From: an uncultured Armatimonadia bacterium
GTDB lineage: Bacteria > Armatimonadota > Zipacnadia > CAVVLO01
Direction of reading: 5' to 3'
NCBI GenBank assembly: GCA_963749155.1
Contig: CAVVLO010000002.1
Location: 1,248,001-1,312,000, forward strand
DNA length: 64,000 nt
Every line of letters begins with the position of its first letter. Within the stretch, counting starts at the first letter, position 1. Below the pieces are notes generated by a model. It searched no databases. It was not told the DNA's origin and was given only the letters and a program-made list of their open reading frames with translations. A program made the position numbers and the translations under genes. Below, one piece after another: positions 51,691 through 59,800 of this stretch.

Positions 51691-52663
51691 GGTCACCCTA
51701 CGCCTTGCCCTTATCTCCAGTTGCTCAGCAGTATGGCACTGATCTTGCTCCTCCTGGCAGGGACCTGCCTCGTCGCGCACGGCGACAGGACTGGCCTTGC
51801 CAGGAAACTGCTTGCCACGAAGGACGCTCTGCGGTGGGATGGGCCACAACAGGGCCTCTTCGGAGACATCTACAAGGTTGAGGAACCCGGTAGTGGGCGC
51901 AAGGCCCTGATCGAGCTTGAACCCGGTAGTGGCGAGCTGCGGGAGTTTACGTTACTAGGCAACCCGCCTACTCTGAAGGGACCCGCCCTAAGTGAGGAGG
52001 CGCTAGTTCCGGGAGGCAAGAACCCGCGCGGAGGAACTCCTGCCTGAGTCATACGGGATCGCTGGGCTGGTTGCCTCGACAAGTCAGCCGAAGCATCTGG
52101 GGCCGGTCACCTCTGTAACCCTGAGAGGGATGCAGGGAGACATACCTGTGCCCCCTCGGGTAGCCATACTGCTCTCCAATGATGGCAAGATTCTGACGAA
52201 GGTGCTGATCTCGGAATCTCCGATCTCTAGCCTGCGTGTAGGGGACGTGAAGTTCTCGGCTGAGAAGGCCGCCGAGTTAGCAATCGGTGAGGCGGTGCGC
52301 AGGGTGGCCGCTCTGACAACCTTCAGTGAGAATCGAGTGCAAGAACTTGCTGGGTACGCGCCCGAGGGACTTCCGAGCCTGTACTACTCTAACGATACGC
52401 TAGGCAAAGTCAACGGGCTGCCTACTCCGGGCGCTTTCTACAACGTGAAGGTGATCCGCACTAGACCTGCTTCTACCAGTGAGAGTGACAGGTTGCTTGA
52501 CCATCTTTATGTGACAGTCGATGCGAACACGGGCCAGTTCGGTGCTCCACCTGGGATCGCCGGATCCTCGACTCCGGCAGAGAGTAGCCGTTCAGGTGGC
52601 TCGCAACCCCTTGTCGCTTACATCCTCGCCGCCCATGGTCAGTGGTCACATCGCCGTCCATAA
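51685..52663 (+). CDS. Surface-protein cassette 1 (PepSY-like; frameshift near 52008; C-terminal anchor truncated)
   Basis: Signal peptide; shares PPR(V/I), YAP...YSN...PTP and VxVDxxTG with cassette 2. Ends AYILAA, then runs into the next leader. Confidence 0.7.
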
Positions 52664-52686
52664 TTTGGAGGTGCCGTGCCGTGAAA
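52641..52686 (+). repeat. Cassette leader repeat, copy 2 (3' half only)
   Basis: 46 bp identical to 53808-53853. Confidence 0.92.
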
Positions 52687-53616
52687 CTCTGTGTACTGTT
52701 TGCCCTCCTTGTAATGGGAACCGTTTTGCTCCCGACTGTTACGTTGGCCGAAGACCCTCGTGATGCCGCAGCTTCGGTATTGCTCGGTGGTGATCTTGCA
52801 GGCCTGGAGTGGGATTCGGATAGACTGGTGACCGAACATGGGACTGCAGTAGCTCGGTTGGAACTCGGGCACGGATATATTGTAAAGTCCTTCTCTCTCC
52901 TGCGAGATCTGCCGCCGTGTGGAAAAGTCCTCGACGACAAGGCTTTCGAGGCGAAAGGCAGGGCTCTGCTGAAGCAACTCGTCCCTGCGAGCTGGGATGT
53001 CGACGGCCTAGACTGTCAGCTAGGCGATCGACCCATCAGGGGAACAAGACTCCTCTATTTCCGCGGGGCAAGAGACGACGTGGTACTGCCCCCTCGCATC
53101 CTGATGCACCTGACGCCGGACGGGCGAGTCGTGCGCCACCTTGGGATACCCGAGCAACCGCTACCTGACTCGGCTCTTCTCCCCCCCCAAATCGACATCG
53201 AGCAGGCAAAGAAGCTAGCGCTAGCCACCGCAGTGCAGAAGCTCAGCAAGCAGACTGGCAAGTCGAAGTGGCAGGTGATGTGGCGAGCACGTTACGCCCC
53301 GAGTGCAGAAGCGCCGAAACTCCGATACTCGAACCAGCCAGAGGGCTACAACCTGAAATTCCCAACCCCTTGCCCCATCTGGTACGTGCGCATCGAGCGT
53401 ACCAAACCCGCCGCTAATGGTAGAGATGGCTTGCCAGATTATCAGGGTGTTATGGTAGACGGCAATACCGGGGCCACAATGACACCACCCGACGTTGTAG
53501 GAGGCTCACTAACGACCGGCAAGATGGCCGCGGGTGCGCCTTCTGCCGCCTATGCCCTCGCCGCCCTGGCAGCCCTGCTGCTCATCTTCCTCGTCGTGAA
53601 GCTGAGGAAGAGGTAG
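52681..53616 (+). CDS. Surface-protein cassette 2 (signal peptide, PepSY-like domain, C-terminal TM anchor)
   Basis: GTG after GGAGG; IDIEQAKKLA...VMVDGNTG; tail AYALAALAALLLIFLVVKLRKR. Confidence 0.8.
   Translation: MKLCVLFALLVMGTVLLPTVTLAEDPRDAAASVLLGGDLAGLEWDSDRLVTEHGTAVARLELGHGYIVKSFSLLRDLPPCGKVLDDKAFEAKGRALLKQLVPASWDVDGLDCQLGDRPIRGTRLLYFRGARDDVVLPPRILMHLTPDGRVVRHLGIPEQPLPDSALLPPQIDIEQAKKLALATAVQKLSKQTGKSKWQVMWRARYAPSAEAPKLRYSNQPEGYNLKFPTPCPIWYVRIERTKPAANGRDGLPDYQGVMVDGNTGATMTPPDVVGGSLTTGKMAAGAPSAAYALAALAALLLIFLVVKLRKR
53546..53615 (+). repeat. Conserved anchor-coding repeat, copy in cassette 2
   Basis: 68/70 nt identical to 54761-54830. Confidence 0.93.
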
Positions 53617-53619
53617 CCC

Positions 53620-53649
53620 CGTTGTTTCGGGACACTCCTGTCCCGAAAC
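53620..53649. repeat. REP-like hairpin
   Basis: GTTTCGGGACA-CTCC-TGTCCCGAAAC; inverted copy (25/30) at 54853-54882. Confidence 0.7.
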
Positions 53650-53716
53650 CGAAGCTTCAGGCTTCGAGGGTTGGTCTCGGGCAGGGACGCCGGATGAAAA
53701 TAACCTCCCAAAACGC

Positions 53717-53751
53717 TTGCCAAATTCGGGGGGGGGGGGGGGGGGTAACAT
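53717..53751 (+). promoter_or_regulatory. Promoter with G18 homopolymer in the -35/-10 spacer
   Basis: TTGCCA-AATTC-G18-TAACAT, in the same position relative to the leader as the cassette 1 promoter. Confidence 0.65.
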
Positions 53752-53766
53752 ATATATGGAGCGAAA

Positions 53767-53853
53767 GCTAAAACACAACGCGCCCAATCCGCTCCGATAT
53801 TCACAGTAGTGGTCACATCGCCGTCCATAATTTGGAGGTGCCGTGCCGTGAAA
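53767..53853 (+). repeat. Cassette leader repeat, copy 3
   Basis: Full-length homolog of 51603-51690. Confidence 0.9.
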
Positions 53854-54831
53854 CCCAGCTACCTCCCTACCGTCCTTCTGCTGTTAGCCTTAGTCACTAG
53901 CCTGCCCTGTGTTGGGGGGTGGAGCGCGCCGCCCGACAGTCTGCTTACAGAGCTGCTGGGCGTATCAAAGGTAACGGTAACAGAGGATGGAAGTAGCGAG
54001 CATTTAACGAGCTACACGGTCGCTGCCCAGCAGGGGAATGCCAAGGGCGAGTTCCGCGAGCGCCCCAACGGGTGGAGCTTTGAGCTTACCGAACTAGGTC
54101 CGGCGCGAGCCACTGTAGCTAATGACACCGAGGCGGTCTCACGCACAAAGCAACTAGCACAAGCCTTGATAGCTGACTGCTGCCCCGAGGAGGAGCTGGA
54201 TGTCGTTTGCTTTTCGGTGCCTGGCGGGAGAGAGCTGCAGGTGAGGCAGAAGGTTGGCCAAACAGTTAGCCTGGATATGCTGAATGCAATCCTGGACAGT
54301 GACGGCAGGTGGCTGTCCGTGAACCGCAGAGGTAAAGTAAATCCCTTCGATGCCAAGCAACGGGAGCTGGCGCTGCAGGTGCCGAAGGTAGACTTCGACC
54401 AGGCTGTCGCGATCGCCAGCACCCATGCCACGACGCTGGCGGCAGAGCGAGCTGGAATGTCGCCAGAGGTGCTCGCAAAGCAGATCTCTTGGAAGCTCGA
54501 CGATGACGACCCTGAGATCCAGACGGAGCTTCGAGTTCTGCCGGCAGGGATGCAGGGACGCGGGCCGTGGTATGGCTGGTCGGTGATACTGCAACGCACT
54601 GGCACTGCACCACAGCAAAATGCTGATACTCCCATGCCGTCTGCTATGCAGGTTGATGTCGATGCGATGACAGGCGAAGTAGCCGAGGTGTACCTGCCTG
54701 CCGGTAGTTCCGGCAGCAATCCGGCGAGTAGCCCCGACACAGAGGCTGACGAGTCCCTTTCCGCCTACGCCCTCGCCGCCCTGGCAGCCCTGCTGCTCGT
54801 CTTCCTCGTCGTGAAGCTGAGGAAGAGGTAA
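53848..54831 (+). CDS. Surface-protein cassette 3 (signal peptide, PepSY-like domain, C-terminal TM anchor)
   Basis: VDFDQAVAIA...VDVDAMTGEV; tail AYALAALAALLLVFLVVKLRKR. Confidence 0.8.
   Translation: MKPSYLPTVLLLLALVTSLPCVGGWSAPPDSLLTELLGVSKVTVTEDGSSEHLTSYTVAAQQGNAKGEFRERPNGWSFELTELGPARATVANDTEAVSRTKQLAQALIADCCPEEELDVVCFSVPGGRELQVRQKVGQTVSLDMLNAILDSDGRWLSVNRRGKVNPFDAKQRELALQVPKVDFDQAVAIASTHATTLAAERAGMSPEVLAKQISWKLDDDDPEIQTELRVLPAGMQGRGPWYGWSVILQRTGTAPQQNADTPMPSAMQVDVDAMTGEVAEVYLPAGSSGSNPASSPDTEADESLSAYALAALAALLLVFLVVKLRKR
54761..54830 (+). repeat. Conserved anchor-coding repeat, copy in cassette 3
   Basis: 68/70 nt identical to 53546-53615. Confidence 0.93.
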
Positions 54832-54852
54832 GGAGACAGGGCCTCGGCCCTG

Positions 54853-54882
54853 GCATCGGGACAGGAGTGGCCTGATACAACG
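54853..54882. repeat. REP-like hairpin, inverted copy
   Basis: GCATCGGGACAGGAGTGGCCTGATACAACG compared with the reverse complement of 53620-53649. Confidence 0.6.
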
Positions 54883-54900
54883 AAACCGAGCCACGACCCC

Positions 54901-55575
54901 CTATCGCCTTGGCGTCGTCCGCCGTTCCAGTTCCAGTCGGATGATGGAGTCGGCGGGAAGAATCTCCGAACCTGGCCCGGTCAGATAGACAAGAGTCCGA
55001 GGGCCGACGATGGTGCCTGGGTTCAGCACCACATTGCAGCCGAGTTGCGCCTCGTCACCGATGAGCGCGCCGAATTTGCGCAATCCCGTGTCGATGAGGC
55101 CCTCTTCGGTCCGCACCTTCACGCCTGTCTTCGTGACTTTGAAATTGGAGAGCTTGCTGCCAGCGCCGAGGTTGCTCTCGCGCCCGAGCACACTGTCGCC
55201 CACGTAGTTGAAATGCGGCGCGCCCGCCTTCGGCAGCAGCAGTGAGTTCTTGACCTCGGTCGCGTGGCCGACGATCGCCCCCTCGCCCACGTAGACATCG
55301 CCGCGGATATAGGCCCCGTGCCGCACCTGGGCGCCTTCCTTGATGATTGTCGGCCCCTGGATAAAGGCCATCGGCTCCACAACGGCGCCGCGCTCGATAA
55401 CCACCTCGCCCTCGATAACGGCGCTCGGATGCACTTCGCCCCGCACATCGCGCTTCACGCGGTCAGCAAGCAGCGCTCCCAGGTGAGCCAGCACCTCCCA
55501 GGGGTACTCGAAACTCGCTATCCACTCACCCAGCTCGAAGCCTTCGAGCCGCCAAAGGTCAGTTGCTTTCAGCAT
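54901..55575 (-). CDS. Hexapeptide-repeat acetyltransferase similar to the GlmU C-terminal domain (archaeal type)
   Basis: Motifs GHATEVKNS, APHFNYVGDSVLG, NLGAG and TGLRKFGALIGD; no nucleotidyltransferase domain. Confidence 0.82.
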   Translation of the reverse strand: MLKATDLWRLEGFELGEWIASFEYPWEVLAHLGALLADRVKRDVRGEVHPSAVIEGEVVIERGAVVEPMAFIQGPTIIKEGAQVRHGAYIRGDVYVGEGAIVGHATEVKNSLLLPKAGAPHFNYVGDSVLGRESNLGAGSKLSNFKVTKTGVKVRTEEGLIDTGLRKFGALIGDEAQLGCNVVLNPGTIVGPRTLVYLTGPGSEILPADSIIRLELERRTTPRR

Positions 55576-55630
55576 AAGTCGTCCCTCCCGCAGTTATAAT
55601 AACAGGCAGCGCGCCCAAGTGGAGGCCGAT

Positions 55631-58180
55631 ATGAGAAACCGGACCAACTCTTGTTTGCTTGTTCTTCTCTTCGTCAGTTTGTGGGTCTCAGGCCTGGGAT
55701 TCGGGCAGCCGAAACCCTCCGGTCTGGCGGACCTGGACACCATCCGGGCCGAAGTGGCTGCCTCGCCCACCACCGAGGCCAACGCGAAACAGCGGTTGGC
55801 TCTGCTGTATTCCTGGTATCGCCTGTTGCAGAACCAGGGCTACGATATCGCGAGCTTCGAGCCGCTCTCCCAACAGTTGCGAGGCGGTCCAGTGCCCGCG
55901 GTCGTGGACGAAGGCTATCGCGCGCTGGAGGCAGTGCAGGCCGGCGATCCACTTGTGGCGGTACAAGGTTTTACTTCCACCCCTGCTGAAGCTCTCCTCG
56001 ATTGGCCGAGTTACCATGGCGATCTCGGCCAGACAGGCTCCACGAAGGAAGCAGGTCCGACCGAAGGCGCGCTGGCCTGGCGTTTCTCCCTCGGGTGGGC
56101 CTGGTACGGCCGTCCAACGATCGAAGCAGGGAAGGTCTACATCGCTTCGCCAGGCCGCACCACCGCGCTCTACTGCCTGGATGAAGCCACGGGCGAGTTG
56201 AGATGGAAGGCCCGCCAGTGGGGTATCAGCGGTTGGGATCCCCCGCCAGCCGACTCTCCAGTGACAATACTGGCGGATGAAGTAATGGTGCGCGCGACCG
56301 CCTCGCAGGGCGAAGTCGCTCAACTCGTCTTCGTAGATAAAGCCACCGGCGCGGTTAAACGCCGCGTCTCACCCGGCCCGACAGAACCGCGCTGGGAGCC
56401 GGCTGCTGAACCGACCGGCGACGACTTCCTCACGTATCTGACCGACGACTCGACCACGGTCACGGTGAAGCTCGCCAAGAGCGGCCGCACCTGGTGGCGG
56501 TTCCGCGTCGGGCGAGCAATCGGCGAACCTCTCCTTGTGGGCGACCGCGTCTATGTCGGCACCACCGAGGGCAAGCTTTGGGCGTTGAACTTGACCACCC
56601 CGAGCCGTGTCGCCTGGGTCTACGAAGCCGGCGCGCCCCTGGCGGGAACCCCGGCGCTCAGCGGTGACCGCATGCTGATCGGCGCCAACGACGGTTCTGT
56701 CCACTGTGTGGAAGCCTCGACCGGCCAGCGCCTCTGGCGCTCTGAGGTGGCCAAGCCCGAGCACCGCGCTCAGCAGCTCTTCTCCAGCCCCACAATCACC
56801 GGCGATCGGGTGTACCTGGCTGCGGCGGACAGCCAGCTTTATTGTCTCGATCTCGCAACTGGCATCGTGCGGTGGCGCTTCCCCCTGGGTGATTGGGGTC
56901 GCGCGCGCCCTCTGGTGCTGGGTGATATCGTCTACACAGCAGCACTTGATGGCACAGTGACCGCGATCCGAGACGCTGGAGACTACCCCGAACTGCTGTG
57001 GACTCGCACCTTGGACAGGACAAAGCTCCTGGCTGATCTGACTGGAAGTGAGCGCGGCTTACTGATCGCAACCTCTGATCTTTATCTCTACTCGCTGTCG
57101 CCTGCGACAGGGGAAATCCAGTGGCGTCGCAGTCTGCTGGAATCCATCGAAGTGGACGGGGACCGTGTGCTGGCCGATGCTGCGCCGGAGATCTTCCAGT
57201 CCTCGCCCACTGTCGTTGACGGACTCGTCTGCATCGGTGGCCCAAGCGGCTTCGTCCACTGCGTGAGAGCTGCAACCGGAGAGGAAGTCTGGCGTTTTGA
57301 GACCGGCGGCAAGGTCTCAGCGACCCCAACAGTTGGCGCCGGACGTGTCTATGTGGGCCAATTCGGCGGAGATGAAGACTTCTACTGCCTCGACGCCGCG
57401 ACCGGAGAACCCCTCTGGACGCGACCGGTGGGCTGGGTCTGGACAGCCGCGGGCTTCGATGAGGGGCGACTCTACGTGGGCACGACCGAGGGCGACTTCC
57501 TCTGTCTCGAAGCCGCAACGGGACGTGAGTTATGGCGCTATACGACCGGCGGGGGCATCTACCCTTCGCCTGCCTTCGATGAGGAGCGCGTCTATACGGG
57601 CTCCTGGGATGGTCTTTATTATGCTTTTAACAAGCGCACAGGAAAGCTAGAGTGGACTTACTCCCGTCCGGGCTTGCCCTACCACATTGGGGGAAGGCCA
57701 GACTCCGCCTGTCCCGTTATCGCGGGCGACTTGCTGCTGGTGCAAACCCAAGGGGCGTTGCTGGTGGCTCTCGAGGCGGCAACAGGGCGAGAGCGCTGGC
57801 AGTGGGCGGTGCCTGAGTGGAGGCTCCAAAACGGCACTCCGGCGTATTCCGGGGGGGTTGTTTATGCCTCCTGCTTCACAGATGCCTATACGTGCCCTGG
57901 TGGCGCGCAGCTCTTCGCGCTGGAGGCCTCCACCGGAAAGCAGCTCTGGGCGTATCCTGACGGGGGAGGTATCACCGCTCCTTCGGTTGCGGGAGAGCGC
58001 CTCTACTTTGCCTCGACAGGAAGCGCCTGGTTTACCTGTCTCAATACAAAAGAGCCTGCCCAGCCAAGTCTGGTTTGGCGTTACAAGCTAGGCGGGCCAG
58101 TAATGGAATCCACGCCAGCGCTATATGGGAGACTGGTTTTCATCGCAGATTCGGCCGGTTGGCTGTGGGCTTTGCGCTGA
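55631..58180 (+). CDS. Secreted PQQ-binding-like (BamB-like) multi-beta-propeller protein
   Basis: Signal peptide; many LYCLDxATGxxxW blades. Confidence 0.85.
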   Translation: MRNRTNSCLLVLLFVSLWVSGLGFGQPKPSGLADLDTIRAEVAASPTTEANAKQRLALLYSWYRLLQNQGYDIASFEPLSQQLRGGPVPAVVDEGYRALEAVQAGDPLVAVQGFTSTPAEALLDWPSYHGDLGQTGSTKEAGPTEGALAWRFSLGWAWYGRPTIEAGKVYIASPGRTTALYCLDEATGELRWKARQWGISGWDPPPADSPVTILADEVMVRATASQGEVAQLVFVDKATGAVKRRVSPGPTEPRWEPAAEPTGDDFLTYLTDDSTTVTVKLAKSGRTWWRFRVGRAIGEPLLVGDRVYVGTTEGKLWALNLTTPSRVAWVYEAGAPLAGTPALSGDRMLIGANDGSVHCVEASTGQRLWRSEVAKPEHRAQQLFSSPTITGDRVYLAAADSQLYCLDLATGIVRWRFPLGDWGRARPLVLGDIVYTAALDGTVTAIRDAGDYPELLWTRTLDRTKLLADLTGSERGLLIATSDLYLYSLSPATGEIQWRRSLLESIEVDGDRVLADAAPEIFQSSPTVVDGLVCIGGPSGFVHCVRAATGEEVWRFETGGKVSATPTVGAGRVYVGQFGGDEDFYCLDAATGEPLWTRPVGWVWTAAGFDEGRLYVGTTEGDFLCLEAATGRELWRYTTGGGIYPSPAFDEERVYTGSWDGLYYAFNKRTGKLEWTYSRPGLPYHIGGRPDSACPVIAGDLLLVQTQGALLVALEAATGRERWQWAVPEWRLQNGTPAYSGGVVYASCFTDAYTCPGGAQLFALEASTGKQLWAYPDGGGITAPSVAGERLYFASTGSAWFTCLNTKEPAQPSLVWRYKLGGPVMESTPALYGRLVFIADSAGWLWALR

Positions 58181-58194
58181 AACAAGGCCCCACC

Positions 58195-58292
58195 AAAAGA
58201 GTGCGGGACCCAGGGCTGCCACCCGGGTCCCGCGATTACGGTACTCAGCACACAAACTTGGAGGGTGAGTGTTGCTGTTCCGTTTAATGACA
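58195..58292 (-). ncRNA. Candidate small RNA (~95 nt)
   Basis: Minus-strand TTGCCA-N17-TAATAA promoter-like motif, a long hairpin with a CCCUCC loop, then a GC hairpin plus CUCUUUU. Confidence 0.35.
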
Positions 58293-58483
58293 TCTAATTA
58301 TTAGCACCGATTTTATTTTCTGGCAAGTACCTATCGAGAATATAAACTACATATTTCGAATATTTCTGGAAGGTGAAGAAGGAATCTCTGGCGCTCGATT
58401 GAATATTCTGTTAACATCAGCTCACTAGTCCCGCTCAGCCGTATAGATGCGATTTGGTTTCATGCCCAGGGAGGACGCCCCAC

Positions 58484-58660
58484 TTGAAGCGACACCCCGA
58501 GTTGGCTCACGTTACAGTTGGTTATCAAGAGTCAAATACGACTTCACTTACCAAGGCCCGCCGCATCGCAATGAACCTTTGGGCTCCTACCTGCAAAAAG
58601 CGAGAGGAAGAGGCTTCTCAGAGGCGCGAAGAGGCGACCACCAAGCCACTTCAGAGCTGA
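58484..58660 (+). CDS. Possible 58-aa small protein
   Basis: TTG 9 nt after GGGAGG; no recognised motif. Confidence 0.3.
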   Translation: MKRHPELAHVTVGYQESNTTSLTKARRIAMNLWAPTCKKREEEASQRREEATTKPLQS

Positions 58661-58674
58661 CCTGCTGGAGCGCC

Positions 58675-58703
58675 TTGACACCCTCGTTGGGCCGGTTTAT
58701 ATT
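58675..58703 (+). promoter_or_regulatory. Sigma70 promoter of the CDF transporter
   Basis: TTGACA-N17-TATATT. Confidence 0.7.
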
Positions 58704-58704
58704 G

Positions 58705-58790
58705 AGGTATAGAACAGGCGGCCTGATTCGACAGGCGCGGCTGGGCTCGTAAAATCGAGCAACGGGTTTATGATCCCGTGGGACTCTCAA
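58705..58790 (+). ncRNA. NiCo (czcD) metal-sensing riboswitch
   Basis: Pattern GAACAGGC-[hairpin]-GCGGCTGGGC-[hairpin]-GCAAC-[hairpin]-GTGGGAC matches the NiCo four-way junction as recalled. It sits upstream of a CDF exporter and overlaps a terminator. Confidence 0.85.
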
Positions 58791-58806
58791 GTCTCACGGG
58801 TTTTTT
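58775..58806 (+). terminator. Riboswitch expression-platform terminator
   Basis: CCCGTGGGAC-TCTCAA-GTCTCACGGG-TTTTTT, mutually exclusive with the aptamer 3' end. Confidence 0.85.
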
Positions 58807-58820
58807 ATTGCGAGGTTTTT

Positions 58821-59768
58821 ATGGGCGAAGAGACCCTCAAGCGCAAGACAGGTGTAGCAAGACTGTCAGTGGTATCCAATACACTTTTGGTCTGCTTCAA
58901 ACTGGTTGTGGGATTGCTGACAGGCTCGGTGTCCATTCTTTCCGAAGCCTTGCATTCCGCTGTAGACCTGATTGCCGCGGCGATTGCGCTCTTCGCGGTG
59001 AAGAAAGCTGGCGAGCCCGAGGATGAGCATCACAGGTTCGGCCACGGCAAGTTCGAGAATATTTCCGGCTTTATCGAAGCCTTGCTCATCTTCGTTGCTG
59101 CGCTCTGGATAATCTATGAAGCTATCAGTAAATTGTTACACCCAGAGGCCCTGCAGGCTATTGGCTGGGGCGTAACGGTGATGGTTATCAGCGCCCTTGC
59201 CAACACGCTCGTTTCCAGTATGTTGTTCAAGGTAGCCAAAGAAACCGATTCCATCGCCCTGCAGGCAGATGGCTGGCATCTGCGCACTGATGTTTGGACC
59301 TCTGCGGGCGTCGCCGTGGGTCTTGGTGTAATGATGATTGGTGAGAAGTTTGCACCACCAACTACCAATCTGCACTGGATTGACCCGGTTGCAGCGCTTG
59401 TTGTGGCAATACTCATCCTCAAAGCAGCCTGGGAGCTAACCCATCAGTCACTAAAAGACCTCCTGGACACAAGCCTTGATGAAGAGGAGGTCGGCTGGCT
59501 AGAGGAGTATCTTCGCCAGTTGCCTGATGGCGCTTGTGGCTATCACCACCTGCGGACGCGCAAGGCAGGGCCAGTCCGGTTTATCGAACTCCATCTGCTG
59601 GTCGAGCCCGAGATGACCGTCGAAACAAGTCACGAGCTGGCCGACGAATTGGTTGCCGCTATCAAGCAACAATTCGAGGGAGCCAGAGTGTTGATCCACG
59701 TCGAACCTTGCGAAGCAGCGAAGAAAGCTTCCAGGGCAGGTAATAAGGCTGCCGATGGAGAAGACTAA
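58821..59768 (+). CDS. Cation diffusion facilitator family metal exporter
   Basis: Motifs SEALHSAVD, HRFGHGKFE, ADGWHLRTD and C-terminal IHVEP. Confidence 0.95.
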   Translation: MGEETLKRKTGVARLSVVSNTLLVCFKLVVGLLTGSVSILSEALHSAVDLIAAAIALFAVKKAGEPEDEHHRFGHGKFENISGFIEALLIFVAALWIIYEAISKLLHPEALQAIGWGVTVMVISALANTLVSSMLFKVAKETDSIALQADGWHLRTDVWTSAGVAVGLGVMMIGEKFAPPTTNLHWIDPVAALVVAILILKAAWELTHQSLKDLLDTSLDEEEVGWLEEYLRQLPDGACGYHHLRTRKAGPVRFIELHLLVEPEMTVETSHELADELVAAIKQQFEGARVLIHVEPCEAAKKASRAGNKAADGED

Positions 59769-59800
59769 CTCGTAGCTAGCCACCTGGCTGGGAGCGCGCG

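Noticed and set aside
51603..54882. CRISPR array, integron attC array or diversity-generating retroelement
   Set aside because: The repeats are separated by whole genes. There are no RYYYAAC/GTTRRRY attC ends, no integrase, cas or reverse transcriptase gene, and no adenine-specific TR/VR mismatch pattern.
58203..58283. T-box leader (AGUA internal loop and GGGTGG)
   Set aside because: Lacks the UGGNACC T-box sequence and has no downstream amino-acid gene on that strand.
58716..58740. GATTCGACAGG resembling a tmRNA or tRNA segment
   Set aside because: No acceptor stem, tag ORF or cloverleaf; it is a hairpin within the NiCo aptamer.
58447..58752. 101-aa ORF in the intergenic region
   Set aside because: Runs through the CDF promoter and riboswitch, with no RBS or motif.
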